Virus record (IMG/VR): IMGVR_UViG_3300020450_001021
Coordinates: 20,641-84,640 of that record
DNA length: 64,000 bases
Origin: a virus
Reading direction: 5' to 3' (one strand)
A program made the translations under genes and the position numbers. The first letter of the stretch is position 1, and the number at the start of each line of letters is the position of its first letter. Positions 48,728 to 59,400 of this stretch are shown in pieces. A model generated the notes under the pieces. It was not told the DNA's origin, ran no database searches, and saw nothing but the letters and a program-made list of their open reading frames with translations.

Positions 48728-49287
48728 CCCGTTAGTATATACTTATGTTCAGTTTGAGATATTTCTCCTTTATGTAAATGAGTATATGCTGCAGGAAATA
48801 TTAAAGTTTTTCCTTTTACTGGTTTAGTAGTAACATCTTGATGATAAAACATTGTTCCACCACCATCTGTAAGATCATTTAAATATGTCATATAGACCAT
48901 AGCACGATCACATGCATTCATTTGTGCACCATCAATATGCCATTTGTGATATCCTTCAGTAGGTTTATACCATTGTATTTGAGGTAGATGTCTAGATGTA
49001 AACATACCTCCATACTCAAAGAATTTATATCTCTGTAAGTATTGATCTATAAAACCATTAAGTTCTGCTTGAAACTCTGGCCACCTATACTTCTCAGGAG
49101 GTCCTAACTTATCACAATCATTTAACCAAAAATCAGTGCTTGCTTTTATTTCTGGTCTTGCTTGACCCATAGCACCTGATTGACCTGCAAATGTTAAACC
49201 TCTATTATGAGCATCATTAAATAACTGTAATAACGAATCACAAAGAGTAACATCTTTTAGTTGATACTCATCTATAAATGTAGTCAT
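48709..49287 (-). CDS. 2OG-Fe(II) oxygenase
   Basis: WHID, MTYLND...GGT, FPA..TH.H.G...KYI.TGW. Confidence 0.9.
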   Translation of the reverse strand: MTTFIDEYQLKDVTLCDSLLQLFNDAHNRGLTFAGQSGAMGQARPEIKASTDFWLNDCDKLGPPEKYRWPEFQAELNGFIDQYLQRYKFFEYGGMFTSRHLPQIQWYKPTEGYHKWHIDGAQMNACDRAMVYMTYLNDLTDGGGTMFYHQDVTTKPVKGKTLIFPAAYTHLHKGEISQTEHKYILTGWIWWK

Positions 49288-49961
49288 AAAACTCCTATCG
49301 CTCTGTAAATACCGTAATCTTTTTTAGGAACAGATGATGATTCTGTTACGTCACCTGCAATACTTATTCTAACATCATTTCCTTCATAAGTTGTGGTTTG
49401 GTGTGGTATGTAATTTGGAAATAACGTTATGGTACCAATTTCGTTTGGAACTTCAATAATTTGTTTAGTATCGAACGGGTTATGGTATATAGTACTGGTA
49501 TTTTCTGTTTCTATGGTAATGTGAAATCCATATAATATGTCTTCATTCATACCATGAGAATGAAAATTTATCTTTTGCCCATTTCTCATGACGTTAAACC
49601 ATGATTGTGCATAAAGATGACTATGCCAGTTGTTTTTAGTTATCTTGCATATGTCTTCCATATATTCTAGCACAGCTTGCCTAATTCTTTCAACAAACGG
49701 GTGTTCAAAATCAAATACACTGAAATATGGAAACCTAGCAGTTATTGAATTATTTCCTAATCCTGTATTACCATCACCTATACCTTCCATATGATGTGTG
49801 TGTTTTTTTAATATTTCAGTTTCTTTTTCTAAAAGATAGTATTTAATTTCACGACACTCTCCTATAGTAAAACAAGGACCTGAAAGAATAACAAACCTAT
49901 AGTTAGGAACAAAAGGATTGTTAGGTTTTTTAGTTACGAATTCCCAAACTGTTTTTTTCAT
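49284..49961 (-). CDS. 2OG-Fe(II) oxygenase-like protein (HxH type)
   Basis: SWFN...FHSH, LFP...PH......RISI; ATGA-coupled start at 49961. Confidence 0.78.
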   Translation of the reverse strand: MKKTVWEFVTKKPNNPFVPNYRFVILSGPCFTIGECREIKYYLLEKETEILKKHTHHMEGIGDGNTGLGNNSITARFPYFSVFDFEHPFVERIRQAVLEYMEDICKITKNNWHSHLYAQSWFNVMRNGQKINFHSHGMNEDILYGFHITIETENTSTIYHNPFDTKQIIEVPNEIGTITLFPNYIPHQTTTYEGNDVRISIAGDVTESSSVPKKDYGIYRAIGVL

Positions 49962-51643
49962 TTTTCTAATACCAATATTTGTAGACCATTCCACCAGTCG
50001 TTTTCATCTTCTGGTATTGTGGTTAAAATCTTTCTCTGCCATATCATTTTTAAATCATGTTTTTTTATAAGTTCTTCCATAGAAGTAACAACACCCTCAA
50101 AGTTAGCATCATCTAAAATAAGTATAAATTTATCTGCAAATAAATCTATAATTGCATCTAGATTTTCATATTGTTCCCAATATTCATGACCTGCATCATA
50201 AAAAATAACATTGGGTTTATCACATATATCTCTAGGTGTTAACGTTCGTATATCTTTCTCTACAAATGACCATCTAGGATCATTAAATTTAGATAAGAAA
50301 TCTTTTCGAGGATTTTGTATTGTAGGAAAGAATATCTCTTCTCTCATAGGTTTGATATCAGCATTAGAAAAATTATCAACTGCCATAGCACGTATGGGAT
50401 TATTATCAGTGGCAGCATAAAAAGTTGCACCTGTATAGGTTCCCAATTCTAAGTAGACAGAATCATTATAAGAACATAAATTATTTAAAAAATGTTTTAT
50501 TTTATTAGATGTTAAACCTGCAATGAATTGTTTACTTTCATCAAAATAACTTTCATGCTTTGCTCCTTTGTCTATGGCATCTAATACTCTACGAACATAT
50601 TCATCTAATGTTCTCTCTTCTTTTTTAAATCTAGATTCTACCACAGTATTACAATAACCACAATCCCAACAATCAAATTTACATGTTTTAATTTTAACTC
50701 TCCATAAATCAATAGGTCTCTCTGCTAATGAAACATCTTCAATGTACTCAGTAAACTCAGGAAATAACATTTCTTCATTAGCATCCCATCTTTTAATAAT
50801 GTCCATAGATTCTAATAAACGCATGGGATTTTCTCTTCCATGCATCTTGAATACATCAATACCAAGTTCGTTCATTTCTTCCCAATCTTCTTTCCATGGA
50901 GGTAAATTAGCTGCCTTTAAAGAAGTTGCAGGATCTCTTTCATCCCATGCAGAACAAGAAACTCTACTGATACTATCATGAAAATATTGTGGATTATCTG
51001 GAGTTCTATTAGCATTATATTGATAATGTTCTGTCATTATAGGACAACCACCCCAACATCCTTCATTAGTTAACATAGAAAACATAACTGGTTTTCCAAT
51101 TGATGCACAATATTCTTTTGCTTGCTTTAAACGTCTTAATTGATCATGATCTCTCATAAGATCACGGTCTAAATTTATATAATAGAAACCTGCTTTTGCT
51201 AATTCTATAACTTCATTTGCTTTAGTTACTTCTCTAAGTATTGTATTCTTTACCTTTAATTCTGGAAACTCTTTTTGTATTTGACCAGTCAACATCCATG
51301 AGGTATGTGGAAGAGTAACTATTCTAATACCTGTTTCATATAAACCTGCAAAATTTTTAATCCATTCATTTAAATTGTTTTGTGTAGGTAAAACCCATAT
51401 ACTATTAAATGTTGCTGATAATGGTATACCTGTTTGTTGAGAAATATATCCTGCATTCCAAGTAGTATTACGTATATCTCCACGAAAAACATCACCCATC
51501 GCATCCTGTAAAAAAGGAGGCATACGACAAGTGAAGTATAGATCGTATATTAAATGTTTATACTTTTTAAGAAAAGGTATGAAGTTTTCTTCTACTGTTT
51601 CTTCGGGTAATTTAGGATTAATTGGAAGAGAGAAATTCACCAT
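49958..51643 (-). CDS. peptidase-U32-family (Fe-S) domain fused to class I SAM methyltransferase
   Basis: N-terminal part: INLDRDL, NEGCWGGCP, SC, FKMHGRE, CKFDCWDCGYC. C-terminal part: YLELGTYTGAT, AVDNF, IFYDAGH, LILDD. Confidence 0.7.
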   Translation of the reverse strand: MVNFSLPINPKLPEETVEENFIPFLKKYKHLIYDLYFTCRMPPFLQDAMGDVFRGDIRNTTWNAGYISQQTGIPLSATFNSIWVLPTQNNLNEWIKNFAGLYETGIRIVTLPHTSWMLTGQIQKEFPELKVKNTILREVTKANEVIELAKAGFYYINLDRDLMRDHDQLRRLKQAKEYCASIGKPVMFSMLTNEGCWGGCPIMTEHYQYNANRTPDNPQYFHDSISRVSCSAWDERDPATSLKAANLPPWKEDWEEMNELGIDVFKMHGRENPMRLLESMDIIKRWDANEEMLFPEFTEYIEDVSLAERPIDLWRVKIKTCKFDCWDCGYCNTVVESRFKKEERTLDEYVRRVLDAIDKGAKHESYFDESKQFIAGLTSNKIKHFLNNLCSYNDSVYLELGTYTGATFYAATDNNPIRAMAVDNFSNADIKPMREEIFFPTIQNPRKDFLSKFNDPRWSFVEKDIRTLTPRDICDKPNVIFYDAGHEYWEQYENLDAIIDLFADKFILILDDANFEGVVTSMEELIKKHDLKMIWQRKILTTIPEDENDWWNGLQILVLEK

Positions 51644-51893
51644 ACTTTTCAACGACTACATTAATAAATGCTTGCTCATTACCATTAGCAATCATATTTT
51701 TATTTGCTCTAGCAAGTTCTAATACTTTTTCTTCATTCACTAGACCTTCATCATTTGCATGATATTTTACAGCACATTCATAATGAATAATAGGTGCCAT
51801 GATAAGTGATCTCCTATTTGGTTCATAAGTTCCATCACCCTCTGTAAAATTTATTTGATCTATGGGTATGTAATTTGGATTACTTGATGTCAC
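51618..51893 (-). CDS. hypothetical protein (91 aa)
   Basis: Overlaps both neighbours within the operon. Confidence 0.55.
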   Translation of the reverse strand: MTSSNPNYIPIDQINFTEGDGTYEPNRRSLIMAPIIHYECAVKYHANDEGLVNEEKVLELARANKNMIANGNEQAFINVVVEKYGEFLSSN

Positions 51894-52701
51894 CTTTTTC
51901 CCCCTCTAGTTTTAGTTTTTCTTGAAGTTCTGGTTGTAATTTTGCCACCATTTCATTACTAGTCATAAACTTATTTAGTTCGGGTTGCAATTCGACATTT
52001 AATTTATCCAAACCACCTTGTATCATTGTAGAATATCTTACAGCAATTTTTAATGCTTCTACTTGATCTTCTTCTGGCATTAAAGCAATAGAATCCATAT
52101 TACCAGATGAGATTCTACCGTAAGATATAATATCTAAGGCAGATTGTTTTCCCATTCTAGCAATCCAATAATTTCTTTCTTCTTGATCATTGAACTCAAG
52201 AAAATGAGTTAGATCTTCTTCTTGTTTTACATATTGTTTTACAATTTTTAAGAAACTATCCATCTCTACTTGAGATTGTCTATACTTTCTTTTCCAAATT
52301 GTTACATCATATTCTACTTTACTTGCTTCACACGCTTGTAATTCTTTTTTAAGATCATCAGTTTCATTTTCCATGTCTCTCATGATCATTTTTAACTGGA
52401 TCTGTGCTTTACGTAAACTGTGTTTAATTTCAATATAAGCATGATATCTAGTTTCTAATTCCAGTATTGCCTGTCTACACTTTCTCCATGGTGTGAGTTG
52501 TGTATCAGTAACAAAATGTTGACATTGGTATGGGGTCATACCACTATTCATATGAAGTGAACCTTCAAGGATCTTCCAATCCAATTCACTTATATCAAAT
52601 TCGTCGATATAATCTTTACTTAGTTGTATATCCTTTACGGAATTATGTACAACGTTAGTGTCAATGTTTAGATACTTCGATATTTCAGAAGTTGAACTCA
52701 T
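51880..52701 (-). CDS. helical coiled-coil hypothetical protein associated with the fibre module
   Basis: 273 aa; GMTPYQ...TPWR..RQA.LELE.R, YW..RMGKQ.A.D....GRI..GN. Confidence 0.65.
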   Translation of the reverse strand: MSSTSEISKYLNIDTNVVHNSVKDIQLSKDYIDEFDISELDWKILEGSLHMNSGMTPYQCQHFVTDTQLTPWRKCRQAILELETRYHAYIEIKHSLRKAQIQLKMIMRDMENETDDLKKELQACEASKVEYDVTIWKRKYRQSQVEMDSFLKIVKQYVKQEEDLTHFLEFNDQEERNYWIARMGKQSALDIISYGRISSGNMDSIALMPEEDQVEALKIAVRYSTMIQGGLDKLNVELQPELNKFMTSNEMVAKLQPELQEKLKLEGEKGDIK

Positions 52702-53539
52702 TCGCTTTTACCTCATATTCAGATTTACGTTCCCAATCAATAGTAGATAGGGTTCTGCCTAACTCAATTGCCTGTGATGTTGGCATCATGACACTGAGAT
52801 AGTCCTCATATAAGATATTTATATCCTTTATAGAAGTGCTATTTTTAAATTCTTTTTTTATTTTTTGCATCGAAACAAGCATTGTGGATAACTTGTCTTG
52901 ATATGCTTCTGCTTTTTGAAGTATTTTGTTTGCTAATGCTGTTTTATCTTCACTTCTTTCTGTTGCTAAGTAATCTAAAAATGGAGTTACACTACCGTTA
53001 GCACCATTATTAGTTAACCATTCTCTTGCTTCATGTTTTTGTATCTCCCATGATGCAGATTCCAATTCACATGTATCTCTCATTGCAATGAATCTTTTTT
53101 GAAATTCATCTTCAATGATTTCTTTAGCAAACGCTTTCATAAAAGTCAACACATGTTCTTTAATAGTCATACTACCTACAGTAGAATTCATATCAATAGG
53201 AACTTTTTGTGCTGTAGTTTCTGGGTACTGATCAATAACTTCTTGCCTTTCATTTCCAGTTAATCCAGGTCCTTCAAGTCCACTAATTTCCCATAACTTA
53301 GCAGTATCTCTAACCTCAGAAAATAAAGTTGATCCTAACTCTGCTGTATCTTTTTCTATTTCTATATACTTTCCATTCCAAAGTTTAGAATGTATTCCAT
53401 ACATTTCTGCAGATACTTGAATACATGAAATATTATGTAAATCATATAATTCTTTGTAAACGAACCTATCATCATAGGCGTTTTCCTCCATGAATAATTG
53501 AGGATCTAAAAGTGATTGTTTAATAATTAAATATTTCAT
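52685..53539 (-). CDS. putative tail-fibre assembly chaperone
   Basis: E..SW..Q..EA..W...TP.L..LA..R...LA.KI..KA..Y pattern seen in fibre-associated chaperones (recollection); directly downstream of a fibre gene. Confidence 0.5.
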   Translation of the reverse strand: MKYLIIKQSLLDPQLFMEENAYDDRFVYKELYDLHNISCIQVSAEMYGIHSKLWNGKYIEIEKDTAELGSTLFSEVRDTAKLWEISGLEGPGLTGNERQEVIDQYPETTAQKVPIDMNSTVGSMTIKEHVLTFMKAFAKEIIEDEFQKRFIAMRDTCELESASWEIQKHEAREWLTNNGANGSVTPFLDYLATERSEDKTALANKILQKAEAYQDKLSTMLVSMQKIKKEFKNSTSIKDINILYEDYLSVMMPTSQAIELGRTLSTIDWERKSEYEVKANEFNF

Positions 53540-53540
53540 T

Positions 53541-55613
53541 TTATGTGTTACGTGTAACAGTTACTGCACCTGCAGCAGAGGAACATGCAGCAGATGATTG
53601 ACCATAATGTCCTTTTGGTCTTGTTGCAAATCCCATAGTAGTTATGGAATCATTTGAATAATCCCATTTTTCTGTGTGGTTATTCTGTTGACCATTAAAG
53701 TCACCTAATTTATAACCCCAGTCCTGACCCATTTCCATATTTTCTTCACCAGCAGCTCTAGATCTATTGTAGTTTGAAATGGCAGCACCATCACTACCTC
53801 TAACTTTTCTTAAAGGTGTAGTAACGTTATTACTTGTACCTATGTAGAAATGTCCCCACTTAGTAGGTAATGCCTTACACCACCCTCTATTGTTGCCAGC
53901 AAATCCTTGGTTAGACCAACTATCATTACTATGCTGTAAATATTTCTGACTGCTGTTTCTCCATGCAAAATATGATCTAGTTTCCATTCCACAACCTGCA
54001 ACGAAATCACCACCATCACCAGAGTTACTAGTGGTATACATAATTTCTGTTGCAAAATGTAATTTATTTGTATCTGAGTTACCACCACCTGTTATATAAC
54101 CTGCTTGTTCTTTTTGTGCTGTAGCACATCCACAGTCGTTTCTACCTACGTTCATTTGCCATCCACCAGTTACATTATATCCCATAACGTTTTTAGGATC
54201 ATCTCCTTCATACCCATATGAGTATTGAGAAAATCTACCATCACCTTGGTTTCTACAAATACCAGTGTGTAAGTTATAACTTGATGTATGTGATGAATTA
54301 CCTTGATATGAGTTTACAGTTCCGTGAATATATCCATTAAAATCAGACCATGTGCCATCACAATAAGATGCTGCCCTATCAACTTGTTCTCCAGTATACA
54401 TGGTAGTATCATTATGATGCCATGTTTTATTCATGGATCTCCATGGTTGAGAACCTTTATATCCTCCAGAAATATATCCATGTGTAATTAAACTTCTATA
54501 CCTCCAACTATCTACTCCTGTAGATGCTGCTACTTGACCTGGATACTGCCAGAAAGCACCATTACTGCCATCAGATACGAGATAAGAACCTCTAGTAATA
54601 TTACTTTGAGCAGGTAAACCTGACGCTTCTTGACCATTGACATAGTATTTTCCTGTTACGTTTATATCACCAGAAACTTGAATTCTATATGATCCACTGG
54701 GTAGTACGTTTACTCCTAAACATCCATAACGCATATGGATTTGATCTCTATAAGAAGTACCATCATTATTTCTAGTAGAGAACGAAATATATCCTGGATT
54801 AGGAAGAAATCTTATATATGCAGCACCTATACTACTGTTTAATCTTGGGAAATAATTATTATCGGAAGAGTTTGATGAAGTTGGATATGTAACTGTATTA
54901 TAGTTACTGACGTTCATACCAATACCACCACCATCCCAAGTCACACCACCTTCAGAAACCCACATCTGCATATTAACTTCCCCAGTACCACCACCATTAC
55001 TACCAGATGGTAATGTCATTCTAAACTGAGTAGTGGTATGTGCACCAGTCAGATGGAGCATTGTTCTTGGGTTAGTAGTACGAATACCAACTGCACCACC
55101 AAAAGTTGTTGTTAAAATATTTGTATTACCACTATTCCTAACAAACCAATAATTTTCATTATCTCCTTTATTAGGACCATCATAACCCATGTACATACTA
55201 CCTGTACCTGTGTTAGATGCATCCTCATAAAAATGTATTGAAGCTGGTGTGGTCTGAAGTTTTTTATTTGTTAATGCTATTTCTCCAGTAACACACAAAT
55301 CTTTATCAGTTGTATTTGCGTTCTGACCAATTTGAACTTGACCGTTATATCTTGCTAAATCTACTCGTCCACCTGCATCAACATTAATACTAGGAACACC
55401 AGAAACATCATTAACTGAGAATATCGTTCCTGTTGTTGTATTGTTTACACTAAATAACTGACCAGATGAACCTTTAAATTCTACAGTATTATCATCTAGT
55501 ACCCTTAATTTTACAGGGTTATTACCAGAACCTACAAAGCTAATTTCTGGATACGTACCTGTACCAGCACCTCTTTGGGGAGTTATTAAAATGTCCTTAT
55601 CGGAATTTGCCAT
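53541..55613 (-). CDS. tail fibre/receptor-binding protein with Kelch-like C-terminal repeats
   Basis: GQLFSV..GTIFSVNDVSG.P attachment-type N-terminus, VGI.TT.P...LH fibre repeats, C-terminal GYISGG/GYIHG/GYITGG/GYKLG repeats. Confidence 0.7.
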   Translation of the reverse strand: MANSDKDILITPQRGAGTGTYPEISFVGSGNNPVKLRVLDDNTVEFKGSSGQLFSVNNTTTGTIFSVNDVSGVPSINVDAGGRVDLARYNGQVQIGQNANTTDKDLCVTGEIALTNKKLQTTPASIHFYEDASNTGTGSMYMGYDGPNKGDNENYWFVRNSGNTNILTTTFGGAVGIRTTNPRTMLHLTGAHTTTQFRMTLPSGSNGGGTGEVNMQMWVSEGGVTWDGGGIGMNVSNYNTVTYPTSSNSSDNNYFPRLNSSIGAAYIRFLPNPGYISFSTRNNDGTSYRDQIHMRYGCLGVNVLPSGSYRIQVSGDINVTGKYYVNGQEASGLPAQSNITRGSYLVSDGSNGAFWQYPGQVAASTGVDSWRYRSLITHGYISGGYKGSQPWRSMNKTWHHNDTTMYTGEQVDRAASYCDGTWSDFNGYIHGTVNSYQGNSSHTSSYNLHTGICRNQGDGRFSQYSYGYEGDDPKNVMGYNVTGGWQMNVGRNDCGCATAQKEQAGYITGGGNSDTNKLHFATEIMYTTSNSGDGGDFVAGCGMETRSYFAWRNSSQKYLQHSNDSWSNQGFAGNNRGWCKALPTKWGHFYIGTSNNVTTPLRKVRGSDGAAISNYNRSRAAGEENMEMGQDWGYKLGDFNGQQNNHTEKWDYSNDSITTMGFATRPKGHYGQSSAACSSAAGAVTVTRNT

Positions 55614-55628
55614 TTTTAGCTTTTCTTA

Positions 55629-55636
55629 TATTTATA
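55629..55636 (-). promoter_or_regulatory. late promoter TATAAATA heading the 8-gene operon
   Basis: Exact motif 16 nt upstream of the ATG at 55613. Confidence 0.75.
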
Positions 55637-55637
55637 A

Positions 55638-56408
55638 TTAATAACCATAATTACTTTCACCTTCGTCAAGACCGTAACGTCTCTTAAACACTTCCCAATT
55701 GTGTTTAATTTCATCTACAGATAAAACTTTTTCATAAATTCTAGCAATAGTGATGAAAGGACCATTAGTAGAAGTACCTTGCATAACACCAGCATATCCA
55801 GTACCTACTCGTACTCTACCTGCTTGTCTGTAAGAATTAGTTCCACCATTGGCTCTTACTACATAAGTTCCTACATTCTTACCATTAAATCTATTTTGTC
55901 CCTGACCTGGATTAGGACCAGGTAATGTTGATGTCCATTGAGTCCATGCAGAATCTTGCCAAGCTGTTTGTGTATTTGAATAATCATAACTACCACCTGT
56001 AGCACCACCTCTGTAGTGACTTAGGTTTTCACCTGTTTCGTAAGTACAAGCAAACTCATTTTGATAACTTGTACCACCTTGGTATGAAACTTTTTCAAAA
56101 ATAGTGTCTCGCTCATTAACAGCATCACCAGATCTCCAAACTATTAGTTCAAGAGTTGCTCCACCTCCAGTCCAGAATTTCTTACCATCAGCTTCAGATG
56201 ATTGCCAGTATCCACTATTATTAAATTGAAAACATGGAACACCATTTTTTGTAGTAAAGGGTGTTTGAGTTCCATTATTATCCATTACAATTTTATTAGC
56301 AAGATCAAACCATTTTGATCCACTGCCTGGATAAGATTTAGGATTACCTGCATCTAAGTAAAAACAAAGACCGTCAGATATACAATTTTGTCCTGTATGT
56401 AATGCCAT
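55638..56408 (-). CDS. LamG/concanavalin-A-like virion protein
   Basis: DGL..YLDAGN..SYPGSG..W.DL N-terminus and RIY...LS..EI..N....RYG C-terminus. Confidence 0.8.
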   Translation of the reverse strand: MALHTGQNCISDGLCFYLDAGNPKSYPGSGSKWFDLANKIVMDNNGTQTPFTTKNGVPCFQFNNSGYWQSSEADGKKFWTGGGATLELIVWRSGDAVNERDTIFEKVSYQGGTSYQNEFACTYETGENLSHYRGGATGGSYDYSNTQTAWQDSAWTQWTSTLPGPNPGQGQNRFNGKNVGTYVVRANGGTNSYRQAGRVRVGTGYAGVMQGTSTNGPFITIARIYEKVLSVDEIKHNWEVFKRRYGLDEGESNYGY

Positions 56409-59400
56409 TAGTTTCCTTTGTCGTACTCCACCTCTAGTTTATCTATATCTTTTCTTTCCGCTTGTATAAAGTAGAAAGCATCACCACCACCTGTAATAAC
56501 TTTATTATCACGTAAATCCTTAACCCAAACTGTTCTTGACATTCCACCAATTGCAGTTAATTGAACTGTGATTGTACTCATATCAACTAATTCAGTCCAG
56601 TAATCTGGAAGTTTAATAACTCCATTTCTTACACGTCCTCTTACATATACTGCATGTTCAGGACCTTCAAGTGAACCATGACGTAGTTCATGATTCTCTT
56701 TTGTTGGGTGATCAATAACAAATGATTTACTTACTGCACCTAAGGATCCATTTACATAGAATTGGTAACTAGTATTTGTACTACTTTGGTTAACAGCAAC
56801 ACGTCTAGAATCATCTAGAACCAGTGTACTTACATTACTACCTGCTTTGAAATGCCACTTACGTCCAGTTTCAACTCTATCAACAATATCACCAGGTGAT
56901 GTACCATTACCATAATGACCTGCAGAGTTAACATATGCTAATCTGTAACCTATGACAGTGGATCCGTGAAGATGTTGAATAGCGGAATGACCACCTGTTT
57001 CACCTCTAATACGAAGAGCTGTACTACTATTTGCTCTTAATAAGAATTCACTTTCTTTATCATTAAATACTTGGAATACTGCAGTTCCAAAGTTTTGAGT
57101 GTAAACACCAAATATCTGTGCTTCAGCAGTACCATTTGTAGTAGAGAATCTTGCGTTCCAACTAGAACCACTACCTCTAAACTGTATACCACCAGCGAAA
57201 GTAATAAACTTATTACTTTGTGTGAATGATATTTGATTATCATTTGTGGTATTAATGGTTAACGTACCAGTTAAAGTTCCACCAGTAATCGGTAAGTTTC
57301 CGTTAGCAGTACCATTCAATGCTGCTGTAATAGTACCAGCAGAGAAGTTACCAGATGCATCACGAATAACACCAGTGTTTACTACATTTGAACTATTAAA
57401 TGTTATGTTACCTGCATGCCATATATTGTTACCATTTACCTGTGCACTATTTGCTCGTAAGTTAATAGTACCTGTACCTATGCTACTAGATCCACCAGTA
57501 AATTCAATTCTAGAATCAAAATCTACATTGTTACTTGATGTATTAGCATCAATATATGCAGTAGCAGCAACATCAGTGTTACCTAATTGTAAGTAAGGAT
57601 TACTACTACCATCAACTCCAAGAGTTGCCTTAGTTCTAGAATAAGTTGTCTCTTTTGAAATACTCCAATCAGTTAAATCATAGTATTCTGCAGGTGCAGT
57701 AGCAGTACCAACTTTCTTAATAGAATCTGATAAGTTACCAGATATTAGTTCAACTGTAAGAATTGTCCAAGGATTTTCAACCTTTCTTTCAAATGTTAAT
57801 AGAGCATTTCCACCAGGTGCTGTTACAGTACCAGTGTTATGTGTTGGAGGAGTTGTTCCTAAACTATAAGAACCAGTTATAGTGTTTGTTACGTTGTATA
57901 TGTTATGACCATATACGATTCTTTCGTTTCTATTTGCTGTTGCGTTTGCAACCCACTCAGTATTATTTTCAACATACTGAACTCCAGTTAGATAATTAGC
58001 AGGATCAAGATTAATTCTTCTACTAATAATTCTTATAGTACCTTCGTTAACATTGTTAGCGGTATATAGATTATATTGTCTACCACCTACACCTGGTTGA
58101 GTGTCAATTTGATCTATAACTTCTTGAGTTAGGTTATATCCCTCAAAATAGAGATCATAATGACCACCATTATTTGCTTGGAAATTAGGATCAGGAACGG
58201 TTACTGTAATCTTCTCATTAAATGCCTTTTCTCCTAATTGCTCAGGTATTCTTCTATCAGATAATGCTCCTTCATTAACGTTGAGAGCGTTACCCCACCA
58301 ACGACCACCATAGTTACATAATAGATCAGCGTTTAATCCAGATCCTTTTCCATGGTTTCCATCATGCCACACCTTACGCCATGTTGACCATACATTACCA
58401 GTAGAAGAACCACTTCCAAGTATTGCAAGAGTTGCTGTAATAACTGCAGGCGTTGTTATCTGTCTTGTATTTTGTGTGCCAAAATGTTCATAAGGTAAAT
58501 CTGCAATAAATGTACCTGATGCATTACCATCTTCGTTATAACCATAACCACCGTCTATTAAAGTAATAGAAGATAAAGATCCACCAGAAACAACTATATT
58601 TGCTTTTAAACCATAACCTTCACCACCACTTAGTAGTATGTTATTATATGTTCCATTTACATAACCAGCACCTGCATTGGTAATACTTAATGATGCAACA
58701 AAGTTAGGACCACTATTTCTAATGTAAATGTTATTATTATCTGTCTGTGCTATCTGCCCTAAAGCACCTCCTGAGAAGTCCGTAGAAGACCCTGAGCGAC
58801 GTGTTGTAAGCACACTATGATATAAACCACCATCACTAAGGAATTGGTTTGCATTATAACCTTGACTATTACTCTTCCATGAAAGAATTAAACCTTCAGC
58901 AAAGTTTTCTGGGTTAAAGATAGAAGTTCTTGTATCAGAAGAATTTAACAAGGTAGCTGTGGCAGCGTTACCTGTAATATTAATACTATAATCTCCACTC
59001 AATCTATCTGATGATAAAAGACCAGATTGAATGTTATCTGCATTAGTGAAGAAACTAGAATCTCTAGTGTCAAGTGTGTCAGCATCAAGACCAGAACCTT
59101 GACCAGTTCTTAATGTTGTAGCACCATTAGCACCAAATGTAAATTGATCCTTACGTAATCTAATAACACCTAAGTTACCAAAATCATTAGCAGCAACTGT
59201 AAGATCATCAACTCTATTAATATCAATTACAGAATCACCAAAGATCTTAGGTACAGTTGCAAGAATACCTTTTAAACTAGCAGATACAGTTGGAGAAGTT
59301 CCAATTGAAGTTGGTATAGGAGTTATATTGAAATCTGCAGTATAATTATTACCACCATCAGTAATAGTAACAAATCTAACAGCACCATCTTTAGTAACTG

